Shown: piece after piece, positions 9,709 to 19,345 of the stretch | How positions within the stretch are numbered: the stretch's first letter is position 1 | Layout: each line of letters starts with the position of its first letter | IMG/VR virus record: IMGVR_UViG_3300005713_000007 | Coordinates: 1 to 44,163 of that record | Reading direction: 5' to 3' (one strand) | Length of the DNA stretch: 44,163 nt | Origin: a virus | Lineage: Duplodnaviria > Caudoviricetes | Notes under the pieces: generated by a model | The model's database searches: none | The model's input: only the letters and a program-made list of their open reading frames with translations | Told to the model about the DNA's origin: nothing | Made by a program: the position numbers and the translations under genes

Positions 9709-10291
9709 TGTAATTCTCTGCGATCCGCCCTGGCGCTACGACGACACGCGCACGCATAAAAGCACGGGTTCGGTAAGAGCGCAGTACCCCACTATGTCCG
9801 TGGAAGAACTGTGCGCGCTGCCAGTGAGAAGCATAGCTGCAGAGAACTGCATGCTTTGCACCTGGGCGACGTGGCCTAAACTTAAAGAAGCTATACAAGT
9901 CATAGAAGCATGGGGCTTTAGATATTTAACCTGCTTGTTCGTGTGGGTTAAGCTTAATCCTAACTGCGAAACTGATCCCCTTCATATAAACAAATACGAT
10001 CTGTATTCAGGATTAGGCTGGTACAGTAATAGCGGTACGGAGTTTTGCTTACTAGCCAGGCGCGGTAAGCCGCTACCTAGAAACGTTGGTGATGTACGAC
10101 AGGTTATATTAGCACCTAGACGCGGTATACATTCGACTAAGCCTGCTATCTTTAGAAACGAAATAGTTAGGCTATTCGGAAAACAAACAACCAAGATAGA
10201 ACTTTTCGCTAGGAGGCGTGCAGAAGGATGGGTGTCGTGGGGGTTGGATATCGGCGAGGAAGCAGCGGGAGGAAACAGACTGCATGCCTAG
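9680..10291 (+). CDS. MT-A70 family N6-adenine methyltransferase
   Basis: FDVILCDPPW, YPTMS, WGFRY, FVWVK, HSTKP, KIELFAR, GW..WG. Confidence 0.9.
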   Translation: MIPFPNQKFDVILCDPPWRYDDTRTHKSTGSVRAQYPTMSVEELCALPVRSIAAENCMLCTWATWPKLKEAIQVIEAWGFRYLTCLFVWVKLNPNCETDPLHINKYDLYSGLGWYSNSGTEFCLLARRGKPLPRNVGDVRQVILAPRRGIHSTKPAIFRNEIVRLFGKQTTKIELFARRRAEGWVSWGLDIGEEAAGGNRLHA

Positions 10292-10745
10292 CGATCATCA
10301 AGCACAAGTAAGAGACTTTCACAACGCGACTGGGTTAGCCGCCCCTATAAAGCCTAAGCTCCCCGATCTGGAAACTATAAAACTACGTACGACGCTTATA
10401 TTCGAGGAATCCAGCGAGTTTATGAATAGTGTGCAGACCATGAACGGCACGCTAAACATAGACCAGAAGGTAGAATACCTACTGCCGTTCGCCGATGCCA
10501 TAGCAGATTTGCTGTACGTAACATACGGGGCTGCAATAACTTTCGGTATAGACATACACCCCGTATTCGACGCGGTACACGACGCTAACATGCGTAAGGT
10601 GCGAGACGGTGTTAGGCGCCGTGGTGATGGAAAGATCCTCAAGCCGCCCGGTTGGTACGGACCGGAAGGCAAGATACGCAGTCTCTTACGCGAGCAGATA
10701 GAGCGTCAGGTAAGAGAAAGAGAATGCCAACCTCTTACCAGTTAA
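10284..10745 (+). CDS. MazG/PRA-PH-like (d)NTP pyrophosphohydrolase
   Basis: V.DFH, LIFEE..EF, DAIADLLYV.YG, VH.ANM.K, DGKILKPPGW; ATG 10284 follows GGAGG. Confidence 0.85.
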   Translation: MPSDHQAQVRDFHNATGLAAPIKPKLPDLETIKLRTTLIFEESSEFMNSVQTMNGTLNIDQKVEYLLPFADAIADLLYVTYGAAITFGIDIHPVFDAVHDANMRKVRDGVRRRGDGKILKPPGWYGPEGKIRSLLREQIERQVRERECQPLTS

Positions 10746-11824
10746 GGGTATACGATCCTTGGGACGGCCAACCTAGAGCCGTTATAACCAACTGGCGTAC
10801 ACTGCACCTAGAACGACACGTAAACACGTTCGACAATATGCAGTTGACGCTTAACGAAGATGCGCCAGAGATACAGTATTTCGTTCTAGATGCCATCATA
10901 GAAGTGTGGCGTAGGCTGGATCGTCCCGGTAGTACATGGTATCTAGAAACTACGTTGCTGCACCGCACATCACAGCATGATTTCACCGAAGGCCAAAACA
11001 GAATCTTTACCAGCTACTCGCGCGGTCTGCTGGATCTTATACATAGACGAAACATAGAGTACTTCGCTACTACAGCGCAGACGCTTAAAGGTGGTCCTGG
11101 CGAGACAGTTATAAAAGAATTCGTAGATGAGAACTGCGGACCTGGAGCTAATAGCAGTCTAAGATTATCCACAGGAATCTGGACCGCCGTAATTCCAGGT
11201 TTAGAGCTAGAACCCAACGCGGGTCGTGGTGCCATATGGAAAGGTGCCAAAGCCTACGAAAACGTACTGGATGTTATAAGTGAGATATCTTTAACAACTA
11301 GTGTGGATTTCAATATAGTACGTATCGCTCCGCTCACGTTCGAATTCAGATGCTACTTTCCGCAGCTAGGTACGGACAGAAGCTCATACATTCTATTTTC
11401 ACCTGAGCTAGCTAACATGACCGATATAGTTCATGCTGTATCACGCACCGAGGAAGCTAACGCTATCGTTGTGGGCGGCCAGGGTGAAGCGGAAGATAGG
11501 CGTATCTTTAGAATGCTTAACGCCGAAACAGCCAACGATAGCCCATGGAATGTAATAGAAGTCAACCGCGACGGTAGATCACAACCGACAGTAGAAGAAC
11601 TTCAAACTGAAGCCGAAACCGCCGCTAAAGAGTTAGCTCCACAGGAAAGTTATAACTTCAAAGTGTTGCAGACCGACGTACGTAAGTACGGCGGCGAATA
11701 CTTCCTGGGTGATAAAGTAAGAGCAGCCTATCGAGGCGTAGAGACGGTTAAGAAGATAACAGGTGTGACTATAGAAATGACAGAAGGCCGAGAAACTATA
11801 GACTTGGATTTCATGGACTTCTAA
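10724..11824 (+). CDS. Tail-tip hub protein (ReqiPepy6 Gp37-like / Tal position)
   Basis: VVGGQGE.EDR, KYGGEYFLGDKV...ITGV.I C-terminal pattern; start moved to ATG 10724. Confidence 0.75.
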   Translation: MPTSYQLRVYDPWDGQPRAVITNWRTLHLERHVNTFDNMQLTLNEDAPEIQYFVLDAIIEVWRRLDRPGSTWYLETTLLHRTSQHDFTEGQNRIFTSYSRGLLDLIHRRNIEYFATTAQTLKGGPGETVIKEFVDENCGPGANSSLRLSTGIWTAVIPGLELEPNAGRGAIWKGAKAYENVLDVISEISLTTSVDFNIVRIAPLTFEFRCYFPQLGTDRSSYILFSPELANMTDIVHAVSRTEEANAIVVGGQGEAEDRRIFRMLNAETANDSPWNVIEVNRDGRSQPTVEELQTEAETAAKELAPQESYNFKVLQTDVRKYGGEYFLGDKVRAAYRGVETVKKITGVTIEMTEGRETIDLDFMDF

Positions 11825-11825
11825 T

Positions 11826-12323
11826 GTGCCACTAACTTATAGCGATGCCATCAAAAATTTGATGACGGCTATAGAGAACCTAGCTAAACGTATACGAAAG
11901 CTAGAGATAATAGAAATACCCGCAGCCGCCGGGCCGCTGGAATCAGCGACCGTAGAAGCTACGAGTAATTTAACGCTAAGCACATCCTGGCAAGTGATAC
12001 CAGGACTAACCGTAACTAACGTACCACCGGGAGACTTCCTTCTTATAGGTAGCTTCCTATTCTTAGGTCACAACAACGATGCTGGACAAACCGCAAATGG
12101 TGGCTTAAGGATAAACGGCGTTCTACAGACTTCGTTAGCTATAACTAGTCTGCTCAGTCCTGATCACGGAAACGAGGTCTATTCACCCGTATCGCAAGTG
12201 TGGCGTTTGATATTATCAGAACCGTCTACTATAGAGCTAGTAGCCCTTAAGTCAGGAGGAAGCGGAAGCAGTCAGATAGTCCAAACGAACACGACGATGC
12301 GGGCAGTAGGGAGAATAATATGA
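11826..12323 (+). CDS. Putative minor tail / fibre protein
   Basis: N-terminal coiled coil (LAKRIRKLE) then beta-rich domain (WQVIPGLTVT) typical of the gene after a hub. Confidence 0.6.
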   Translation: MPLTYSDAIKNLMTAIENLAKRIRKLEIIEIPAAAGPLESATVEATSNLTLSTSWQVIPGLTVTNVPPGDFLLIGSFLFLGHNNDAGQTANGGLRINGVLQTSLAITSLLSPDHGNEVYSPVSQVWRLILSEPSTIELVALKSGGSGSSQIVQTNTTMRAVGRII

Positions 12324-12511
12324 ACGACGAAATGCCGGACACCGAGCAAAGCATGCATAATTTATATGAGAGAGTAACCTGGGGGCCTATCTACAACATA
12401 GTAGATAATATGCCCAACCAGTACGGACATGCTGATGACGTGTTTAGAGTCGCTATCAAGTATATTATAGACATGCATAAGATAGCCGTGGGCGCAGAAG
12501 GAGCTATATGA
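12320..12511 (+). CDS. Hypothetical protein
   Basis: ATGA-coupled, GGGAG RBS. Confidence 0.6.
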   Translation: MNDEMPDTEQSMHNLYERVTWGPIYNIVDNMPNQYGHADDVFRVAIKYIIDMHKIAVGAEGAI

Positions 12512-12654
12512 ATCTGAGTACCTGCACATTGTGCCACAAGAAGTTTAAACCAGACTTCGAGGAATCTCTAGGAATGATGCTATGCAAAGAATGCCGAGAT
12601 AAACTTAAGGAACCAGGAAAGCTAGAGCCAATAACACAACCGCAATCGGTATAA
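12508..12654 (+). CDS. 48-aa C4 zinc-finger microprotein (not in ORF track)
   Basis: MNLSTCTLCHKK...MLCKECRDK...; AAGGAG RBS and ATGA overlap with upstream stop. Confidence 0.7.
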   Translation: MNLSTCTLCHKKFKPDFEESLGMMLCKECRDKLKEPGKLEPITQPQSV

Positions 12655-12690
12655 GCGGAACAGACGCCGAAATTCCAACCAGCGACACTA

Positions 12691-12733
12691 AGGCTGCTAG
12701 AAGCGAGAGTAAAGCTAGCAGCCTATTTATATT
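12691..12733 (+). terminator. Stem-loop between the convergent operons
   Basis: AGGCTGCTAG-N14-CTAGCAGCCT (12691-12724) followed by ATTTATATT. Confidence 0.55.
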
Positions 12734-12750
12734 GATATAATTAGCGGGCA

Positions 12751-13041
12751 TTATACGCTCCTTTCCTGGCGACGCGGAACCTGTTGCTGCTGTTTACGTC
12801 TATCGTCACGTAAATCGAATGCTATATCCCTGAAGTAATCGCGCTCTTTTGTGAGAGATTCCTCTCTGGACATTCGCTCCTTGTTTATAGAGTCTATACG
12901 TTCTTTTAGAACAGCTATCTCGGAGTCTTTGGACGCTATTAAAGAACGGAACAATATAGAAATAGTCCCTATCAAACCGCCTATAACAGTCGTGGCGGCG
13001 ACTAGGGTAGACCCTCCTAACGAAACAGCAGAATCTTCCAA
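12751..13041 (-). CDS. Single-TM coiled-coil membrane protein (holin-like candidate)
   Basis: N-terminal hydrophobic helix, charged coiled-coil C-terminus, last gene of late operon. Confidence 0.55.
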   Translation of the reverse strand: MEDSAVSLGGSTLVAATTVIGGLIGTISILFRSLIASKDSEIAVLKERIDSINKERMSREESLTKERDYFRDIAFDLRDDRRKQQQQVPRRQERSV

Positions 13042-13047
13042 AGCATG

Positions 13048-13818
13048 TTACTTCTTAGGCGGTTTGTTTTGGCCCGTATGATTTCCCTTGTCCTTGTGGT
13101 TACCTTTGTCCGGTAGAGGGGCTGATGGTGGAGATGGCGCAGGTGCTACAGGTTGTTGTGTCGGTGCTTGTACCGGTGCTGGTGAGGGTTGCGCGGGTTT
13201 TACGGGCGCTGGCTGTGTTGGTGCTGGTGCTGGTGCTGGCTTGTTAACCACAGGCTGAGGCTGAGGCTGCGTAACAGGTTGTGCCACAACAGGTTGAGGC
13301 TGCGGCTGTGTGGGTGCAGGAGCGGGCCTGTTAACAGTAACGGCGCGCGGTGTTACGGTGGGTGTTGAAGTAGGTGCGGCTCTCTGTTGTTGCGATTGTA
13401 CCTGAGGTTTGACCACGGGTACAATAGACACGGGAGATACAACAGGTACTGGCGTAATCGTGGCTTCTGGTATTACTTCAGACTCAGCTTCGTCGCTAAC
13501 AGGTGCAACATACTCACCTTGCGTGATACGTCCACCCTGGGCTTGAATCTCTGCTACGGCTATATTTATAGCAACGGCCGTCAGAGCCGCTTCTGCTTCG
13601 CTGCCGAACAGCGGAGACAGGTTACCTGCGCCCGTGTTTGTTTCTTCTGTTATAGACGCTTCGGGTGACGCCACACTGGGTATAGGTGTAACCGTGACAC
13701 GCCTAACCACAGGATGACCCGCTAAAGATAGCAACAATAAGCCTAACAGGAAACCCGTGATACTACCAGAAGTAATATGTACTTCCGGTGAGTCGGCTAG
13801 GGCACGCGCGGTTATCAT
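13048..13818 (-). CDS. Membrane-anchored Pro/Gln/Thr-rich low-complexity protein
   Basis: Hydrophobic FLLGLLLLSLAG segment; long PQP/PAP/TP-rich region; basic tail; ATGA-coupled. Confidence 0.65.
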   Translation of the reverse strand: MITARALADSPEVHITSGSITGFLLGLLLLSLAGHPVVRRVTVTPIPSVASPEASITEETNTGAGNLSPLFGSEAEAALTAVAINIAVAEIQAQGGRITQGEYVAPVSDEAESEVIPEATITPVPVVSPVSIVPVVKPQVQSQQQRAAPTSTPTVTPRAVTVNRPAPAPTQPQPQPVVAQPVTQPQPQPVVNKPAPAPAPTQPAPVKPAQPSPAPVQAPTQQPVAPAPSPPSAPLPDKGNHKDKGNHTGQNKPPKK

Positions 13819-14258
13819 GTTACCTTAGTAACTTGTACCTTCTCGGCCTTGTCGAAGGCTTCTTGCATTCGCAAATAAACCGGGCCGTTCACACGATCTG
13901 TGGGCACGCCACGCAGTTCGCGCAGCATATTTTCTACGTAGTCGTACTCTTTATCTTCTAGCACGAATTCTATAAGATTATCCTCGGCCGTTGCGTCGAG
14001 TGAGTTTACCTCGTCTTGAAGCTGCGCTGCTACTAACTGGAATTCGGGATCGTCCATCCGGTAAGTAGCGCGCAGCTTTTGCATTCTACGAGCTATATTT
14101 TCTAGACGTTCGTCGTACGGCTCGTTAAGATTACGCAGCTTGTTGTCTATCTCTTGCGCTGTCTTAGCGTCCCTGAGATTACGCTTCTCGTCGGGTCGGG
14201 TGAGCAGCATGCAAAGCTGACGTATAGCGCGACCGTCCAGCTTTATGTTACGTGCCAC
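13815..14258 (-). CDS. Hypothetical helical protein (fibre-associated)
   Basis: Packed ORF downstream of the tail fibre. Confidence 0.65.
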   Translation of the reverse strand: MARNIKLDGRAIRQLCMLLTRPDEKRNLRDAKTAQEIDNKLRNLNEPYDERLENIARRMQKLRATYRMDDPEFQLVAAQLQDEVNSLDATAEDNLIEFVLEDKEYDYVENMLRELRGVPTDRVNGPVYLRMQEAFDKAEKVQVTKVT

Positions 14259-14261
14259 GCG

Positions 14262-14579
14262 CTAAACTCCGTTGGTCGGAACGTTGAATCCGATGCCGTA
14301 TAGCCTCTGAGCGAACGTCCTGAAGTCTTTGGCTGCGCCTAACGCCGCTGAGCCTTCGTAAATAGTACGAAGCTGATCTAGGTCACCGTATGCTGATCTT
14401 ATGTTGGCTATATCTTGTGGGCTGTAGCCTACCGCCGTAAAATCCGCGTCCTGGTACGCATCTATAAAGCGCTTAGTTTCTAGTATAGCAATCATAGCCT
14501 TATTCAAGCTTTGCGATACTTGACCTATAGTAACGTCTATAGTACCTTTATCGAGAAGCGCGTTTAATCCTGCTGGCAT
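14262..14579 (-). CDS. Hypothetical protein
   Basis: TAATG coupling to the tail fibre stop. Confidence 0.7.
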   Translation of the reverse strand: MPAGLNALLDKGTIDVTIGQVSQSLNKAMIAILETKRFIDAYQDADFTAVGYSPQDIANIRSAYGDLDQLRTIYEGSAALGAAKDFRTFAQRLYGIGFNVPTNGV

Positions 14580-17350
14580 TACGCAGCCTCCAATGTCTTA
14601 ATGCGCTCGCGTAGCTCGGCTACTTCATGCTCAAGTCGCGCCATTTTATCATCCACACCCACGATTGCAGCCAACGCGAGGCATGCAGTATCTTGACCGT
14701 TGACACTGAAACCATCGGGTGATAGTAGCTTATGCGAATGATCCGCCAGAATACCGACGCGAGTCCAATCGGACACTATGTCGTTTGTGTCCGTGGCGTA
14801 ATACTTGAACGTACCAACTACGGTATTTTTGACTATCTCTAGAGCTACAGAGCCAGGCAACGACTTGAAACTGTACTTAAGACTGCTGTGGGAGCCGTTG
14901 AACGCACCACGCTGGCACCACACGTCACGCCACGAGCCACCACCACCGGAAATACCTAGATCGTACGTGTTATGCGCGGCTGGTTGTACATGCCCGGTAT
15001 CACCACGCACCACGACTCGTAAAGTACCGTTAGTACCGAACCAAAGATGCGCCGATGCAGTCGTACCCACAGTGAACGTAACATTGCTTGTCATATTCAC
15101 AGTGTTAGCCGCAGCCTGTGCGAAGTTGTCGTTGCCGGAATAGCTGCCGTTGTACACAAAACAGGTAAAAAGGTTAGCCGCGCTACTGTTCTGTATTTGA
15201 ACATAAGAATAACTTGTAGTCAACGTATTCTTGACAACGAATCCGGTGTTATTAGTAGCAGTAGTGAGCGTTGTTAAGCCAACACTGTCTATAGTCATGC
15301 GTGTTACGGCGTTCGTACCTAAAAACAGTGAGTTAGCGTTGTTAGTACCCATATAGAACGGAGCGGTTGCTACTAGCTCTACGGTGCCAGCAGCGGTCTG
15401 ACCGAAGTTACCTGTACCAACGTAGGCAGAATTATAAACTAAAAATGTATTTGTTATGCTAGCTGCGTTATTTTGTATTGCTATAGCTGTGTAATTAGTA
15501 GTACCCGTGTTACGTACTACGAAAGTAGAGTTAGTTCCGGTGCCGTATAAGAATGTGGATGCAGTAGACGCCGAAATATTCATACGCTGCGTTGTACCGG
15601 TGTAAATATTTATGTCATTAGTACCGGTGGTGCCTATGTATATCGGCACGGCAAGCGACGCGATCTCGTTCGTGCTAGCAGAAGATACGCTGAACTGGTT
15701 AGTAGAAGCGTAGCTTGCGTTATAATGCGTAAAAGCTAGACGGTTGGTGGTGGCAGAGTTTTTAATAACCAGGCCGGTCTGCAAGGTAGCAGTCGAATGT
15801 TGTAGCGCCATGACGTATCCGTCGGTAGTATCTCTTATGAAAGTATAAAGCCCTGTAGCATATGTTTGCCAGCTACCGTCGGCGCGGAATATCCTGAGCG
15901 CTGGACTACCGATTATAGCACCAGCATCGCTGTACCGTAAAATATCAAAATCGCTACCGGCGTTGGAACCCGCTTCCCCCGTACCATTTATTTGTATAGC
16001 CCAACGGTATGAATTGCTAGTTTTGAATGCTACTAAGCGTAAATCGCCGGCCGCACGGTTGATTGAGATAGCTTCTTGTATAGCGGAGCTTATAACTAAA
16101 CTGTCGGTTGTTATTAAACTAAGATTAGCCCATGTAACAACGCCGGATAGTACGGTCAAAAATTGACTGTTAGTACCTATTGCTTTCCTTGTAGGTGCGC
16201 CGGAAGCACCGCCGACTATCAAATCTCCCGATGTTGTCATAGGGTTAGTCATAGTAGCCGGTGCTGCCCATGCCACCGAACCGGCTACCATTGTTAAAAT
16301 AGTAGTATCAGAGCCCTTAGCCAAGCGTGTAGGTGCGCCTGAAGTCCCACCTACTATGATATCCCCAGCGGTTGTCATAGGATTCGTCATAGTAGCAGGC
16401 GCAGCCCAACCAACAACGCCCGCTGTCACAGTTAGAATATTTCCGTTAGAACCTACAGCTAACCTCGTGGGTGTACCGGACGTACCGCCTTTTATCATAT
16501 CTTCGGCCGTGGTCATAACGTTGGCGGGCGCAGCCCAGCCTACCGCACCGGCTGTTATAGTTAAGATGTTCCCGTTAGATCCTACAGCCAATCTTGTTGG
16601 CGTGCCCGATGCACCACCCTTTATAATATCTTCCGCGGTAGTCATCGGATTTGTCATCGTAGAAGGTGCGGCCCACGCTACCGCACCAGACACTACAGTT
16701 AAAATGTTGCCGTTCGACCCCACGGCCAGGCGTGTAGGTGTACCGGAAGCGCCGCCTTTAATGATATCCTCGGCGGTCGTCATAGGGTTAGTAATGCTGG
16801 CCGGCAAAGTAGCCCATGCCACGTTGCCTGACACGACGGTTAGAACCCTACTATCAGAACCTATAGATAACCTAGTAGGTGTTCCAGATGCGCCACCTAC
16901 TATCAAATCTCCAAGCGCTGTCATGGGGTTGCTCATACTGGGTGCTATCGCTGTCCACGCAAAGGCGCCTGCACCTGTTTGCTGTAGAAATGCGCCTGTT
17001 GCACCAGGAGTTACAACACTTAAACCATTGGTAGCTGCGTTCCAGTACGCTATTCCTGTGGGTGCCCCCGCAGCGACCAAAGACCCCCATTCCGGCGTGG
17101 CGGCGTTCCCACGGCTCATGAACACTTCTCCAGTGTTCCCTGAGGCCGACCACACGGGCAAAGCCGATCCCGCACCACTAGTCAGCACAGCGCCCATAGC
17201 AGGCGGCGCAGGAACCCCAAGGATATGCGCGCCGTCGAACGCCAGCACGCTACCTGCGGAGCTTGAACCTCCGGTTAGCGTGTGTGATTCCGTTGATTCC
17301 CAATCGGCGCGGCTAAGGTCAGGACCAACAACGGAATGCGATAATATCAT
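14579..17350 (-). CDS. Long tail fibre with internal repeats and C-terminal S74-like intramolecular chaperone
   Basis: G/A/T/S-rich; six ~46-aa and three ~90-aa repeats; YDLG...W..V; SHSSLK; G.LA; terminal coiled coil. Confidence 0.85.
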   Translation of the reverse strand: MILSHSVVGPDLSRADWESTESHTLTGGSSSAGSVLAFDGAHILGVPAPPAMGAVLTSGAGSALPVWSASGNTGEVFMSRGNAATPEWGSLVAAGAPTGIAYWNAATNGLSVVTPGATGAFLQQTGAGAFAWTAIAPSMSNPMTALGDLIVGGASGTPTRLSIGSDSRVLTVVSGNVAWATLPASITNPMTTAEDIIKGGASGTPTRLAVGSNGNILTVVSGAVAWAAPSTMTNPMTTAEDIIKGGASGTPTRLAVGSNGNILTITAGAVGWAAPANVMTTAEDMIKGGTSGTPTRLAVGSNGNILTVTAGVVGWAAPATMTNPMTTAGDIIVGGTSGAPTRLAKGSDTTILTMVAGSVAWAAPATMTNPMTTSGDLIVGGASGAPTRKAIGTNSQFLTVLSGVVTWANLSLITTDSLVISSAIQEAISINRAAGDLRLVAFKTSNSYRWAIQINGTGEAGSNAGSDFDILRYSDAGAIIGSPALRIFRADGSWQTYATGLYTFIRDTTDGYVMALQHSTATLQTGLVIKNSATTNRLAFTHYNASYASTNQFSVSSASTNEIASLAVPIYIGTTGTNDINIYTGTTQRMNISASTASTFLYGTGTNSTFVVRNTGTTNYTAIAIQNNAASITNTFLVYNSAYVGTGNFGQTAAGTVELVATAPFYMGTNNANSLFLGTNAVTRMTIDSVGLTTLTTATNNTGFVVKNTLTTSYSYVQIQNSSAANLFTCFVYNGSYSGNDNFAQAAANTVNMTSNVTFTVGTTASAHLWFGTNGTLRVVVRGDTGHVQPAAHNTYDLGISGGGGSWRDVWCQRGAFNGSHSSLKYSFKSLPGSVALEIVKNTVVGTFKYYATDTNDIVSDWTRVGILADHSHKLLSPDGFSVNGQDTACLALAAIVGVDDKMARLEHEVAELRERIKTLEAA
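16121..16936 (-). repeat. Six tandem ~138-bp coding repeats (NPMTT.xD.I.GG.SG.PTRL..GS...ILT...G.V.WA)
   Basis: Direct alignment of the translated units. Confidence 0.9.
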
Positions 17351-18255
17351 GATATTATCCTCGGGGGCACCCTAGTGGCGAGCGACGGCTGAATATCTAC
17401 TTCTACTAAAAACTGGCCTAGCAGCGTAGGTCCACCTTTTGTATCAGCTTCCAAAGACAAGAACGAATTACGTACCGCCGTTTCTAACATATCGACTTCC
17501 AGTCGCATGCTAGTAAGCGTACGAGTTGGTCCAGTTATATCTACTGATAATGTACTACTGGAGAATCTTAATGTATCTGGAACCGGTCCTGCTCTGTAGC
17601 TTCTTAACCATGATCCCCACGCGCGGCTCGTGCTTAATGTGCCAACCATGGTTTGAGAAGTTGTAGCCGTAACTATTTGATATCCGATACGTAAATCTAT
17701 ACCGGATACGAATTGTCTATTTCCGACGGCCGTAAAAGGAGAGCTTACGGTGCTTGTTTGGCCGCTGCTAGTAGAAGCGGAAGCCTGAGCGCCGAATATA
17801 ATTTCATCGGCTTGAGCCAGTACACCGGATGCGTTAGAAGTCGGTGCGGTGTTAGTTCCTGTCGCTACTGTGCCAGCAACATCCAAAGGCGAGGATAATT
17901 TAAAACCAGCAGCTACCTTAACAGCTTGTGCTGCCGCAGCGTACGTGGCGCTTGTTTTGTTAATAGTAATAGTATCGCCGGATTTTAAGCCCATGCCACC
18001 GAGCGGAGTACCTATGGGTGTAGCAAGACCTATATAAAATCTAAAGCTGCCGCCGTCCACAGGACCGCTTAATGCGTATGTATTACCGCTAGAATCAGTA
18101 ATAGACGATACTGTTCTGGTTGTATCAGCAAAAGCAACGAAAACTAATATTGTCTGTCCAGGTAGAACATCGGCTGTGGTCGTAAAAGCAAGTGTGGAAC
18201 CGGCACCGGCAGTACCACCACCTATATCTACAGGTGCGGTTAAGTTAGAGGCCAT
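17347..18255 (-). CDS. Minor tail / receptor-binding-like beta-rich protein
   Basis: Beta-rich, VSSITDSSGNTY motif, position in tail module. Confidence 0.7.
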   Translation of the reverse strand: MASNLTAPVDIGGGTAGAGSTLAFTTTADVLPGQTILVFVAFADTTRTVSSITDSSGNTYALSGPVDGGSFRFYIGLATPIGTPLGGMGLKSGDTITINKTSATYAAAAQAVKVAAGFKLSSPLDVAGTVATGTNTAPTSNASGVLAQADEIIFGAQASASTSSGQTSTVSSPFTAVGNRQFVSGIDLRIGYQIVTATTSQTMVGTLSTSRAWGSWLRSYRAGPVPDTLRFSSSTLSVDITGPTRTLTSMRLEVDMLETAVRNSFLSLEADTKGGPTLLGQFLVEVDIQPSLATRVPPRIIS

Positions 18256-18259
18256 GTAG

Positions 18260-19345
18260 CTATCGTACGACCATGCCTGCTTCTAGGGCATTCACTTTAG
18301 CTGTAGTCCATGCAGCGCTATCAGTGGGATCTATTTCCATTATACGTTTATAATATGTCCACGAAGAAGTGATATTTTGCGCCGTAGCCTCGTTGTCCAC
18401 ACCACCGGAACGTACCAAGAATCCTATGCTTCCACCACCGCCGTCCGAGTTTTCCGCGTACGCTATTTGCTGAACCGATTGTATAATACCTGTTAGAGCT
18501 AAATCGCTCATAGCATACGTATCTTTATTGCCTACGGTACTATGGGAAACATAGTCAGTAGTATTAGGTGGTGTTTCATCAACGCATTGAAAATTACTAC
18601 CGACGCTAGGAGTCAGTTGCGTGTAGTTACCGGCGCCTGTTGGTATAAGCCCTATTATTTTACCGTCGCCGGGCTTACCATTGTTTACGCTTCCTGCTGT
18701 ACTATTAACTCGTACGTCATCAAAAGCGTGGTAACTTCCGGCATTACCTGTGGAGGCGCCGTAACGTTGAAATTCTAAAATAAAATCACTGTTATTGGCA
18801 TTAGTGTTAGCTGTTCGTGTGCCGGTCGCACTGAGAACCTGCGTACCATCTATGTATATTTCTACAGTACCGGCGCTCAAATGTGGAATATGGTGTATCT
18901 CTATTAAATGCCATGCATCGGCCGATATGCTCGCGGATGCCGAACCTATAAGCGTGATATTGCTCGTGCCGACGCCTAAGCCGGCGACGGTGTAATAATA
19001 AGCTCGTATGATCCCGGCATCGTTTATGAGAACTAAGTTGGCGTTACCGGCGCTGTCCACGGTTCTGAACATGCCACTTGTAGCGGCTGGCTCCGAAATA
19101 TGATGAAATTGAAAACCGAAAGCATACCATAAGTCCGTTAGTGTAGCATGGGCTATACGCTTACGAGCGTACGATTGGCCGGATACGCTATTAGTTATAC
19201 ATTTTAAACTGTACGTACCGTTACGTGGAGAAGGTGTCGCAGTAACAATTAAGACGTTAGAAGCCAGAGTACCAGATCCCGTACTGTCTGCACCTTCTTG
19301 CGCCGTATCGCCGCTCTCGAAGCCGCACTGTATTATCCTAGTCAC
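18260..19345 (-). CDS. Minor tail protein with lectin/LamG-like carbohydrate-binding features
   Basis: GFESGD, G.YSL, WH.IE, VEIYIDG, FDDV patterns; C-terminal P...AWT...VN.LE.G. Confidence 0.7.
   Translation of the reverse strand: MTRIIQCGFESGDTAQEGADSTGSGTLASNVLIVTATPSPRNGTYSLKCITNSVSGQSYARKRIAHATLTDLWYAFGFQFHHISEPAATSGMFRTVDSAGNANLVLINDAGIIRAYYYTVAGLGVGTSNITLIGSASASISADAWHLIEIHHIPHLSAGTVEIYIDGTQVLSATGTRTANTNANNSDFILEFQRYGASTGNAGSYHAFDDVRVNSTAGSVNNGKPGDGKIIGLIPTGAGNYTQLTPSVGSNFQCVDETPPNTTDYVSHSTVGNKDTYAMSDLALTGIIQSVQQIAYAENSDGGGGSIGFLVRSGGVDNEATAQNITSSWTYYKRIMEIDPTDSAAWTTAKVNALEAGMVVR

Noticed and set aside
6071-10745. Z-genome or hmU base-substitution system (PolA + MazG-like + UDG-like)
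   Set aside because: No PurZ, DatZ, dCMP deaminase or thymidylate-synthase-like gene seen in the window
16356-17375. 339-aa + strand ORF with repeats
   Set aside because: Antisense shadow of the repetitive Gly/Ala/Thr-rich tail fibre; no independent motifs
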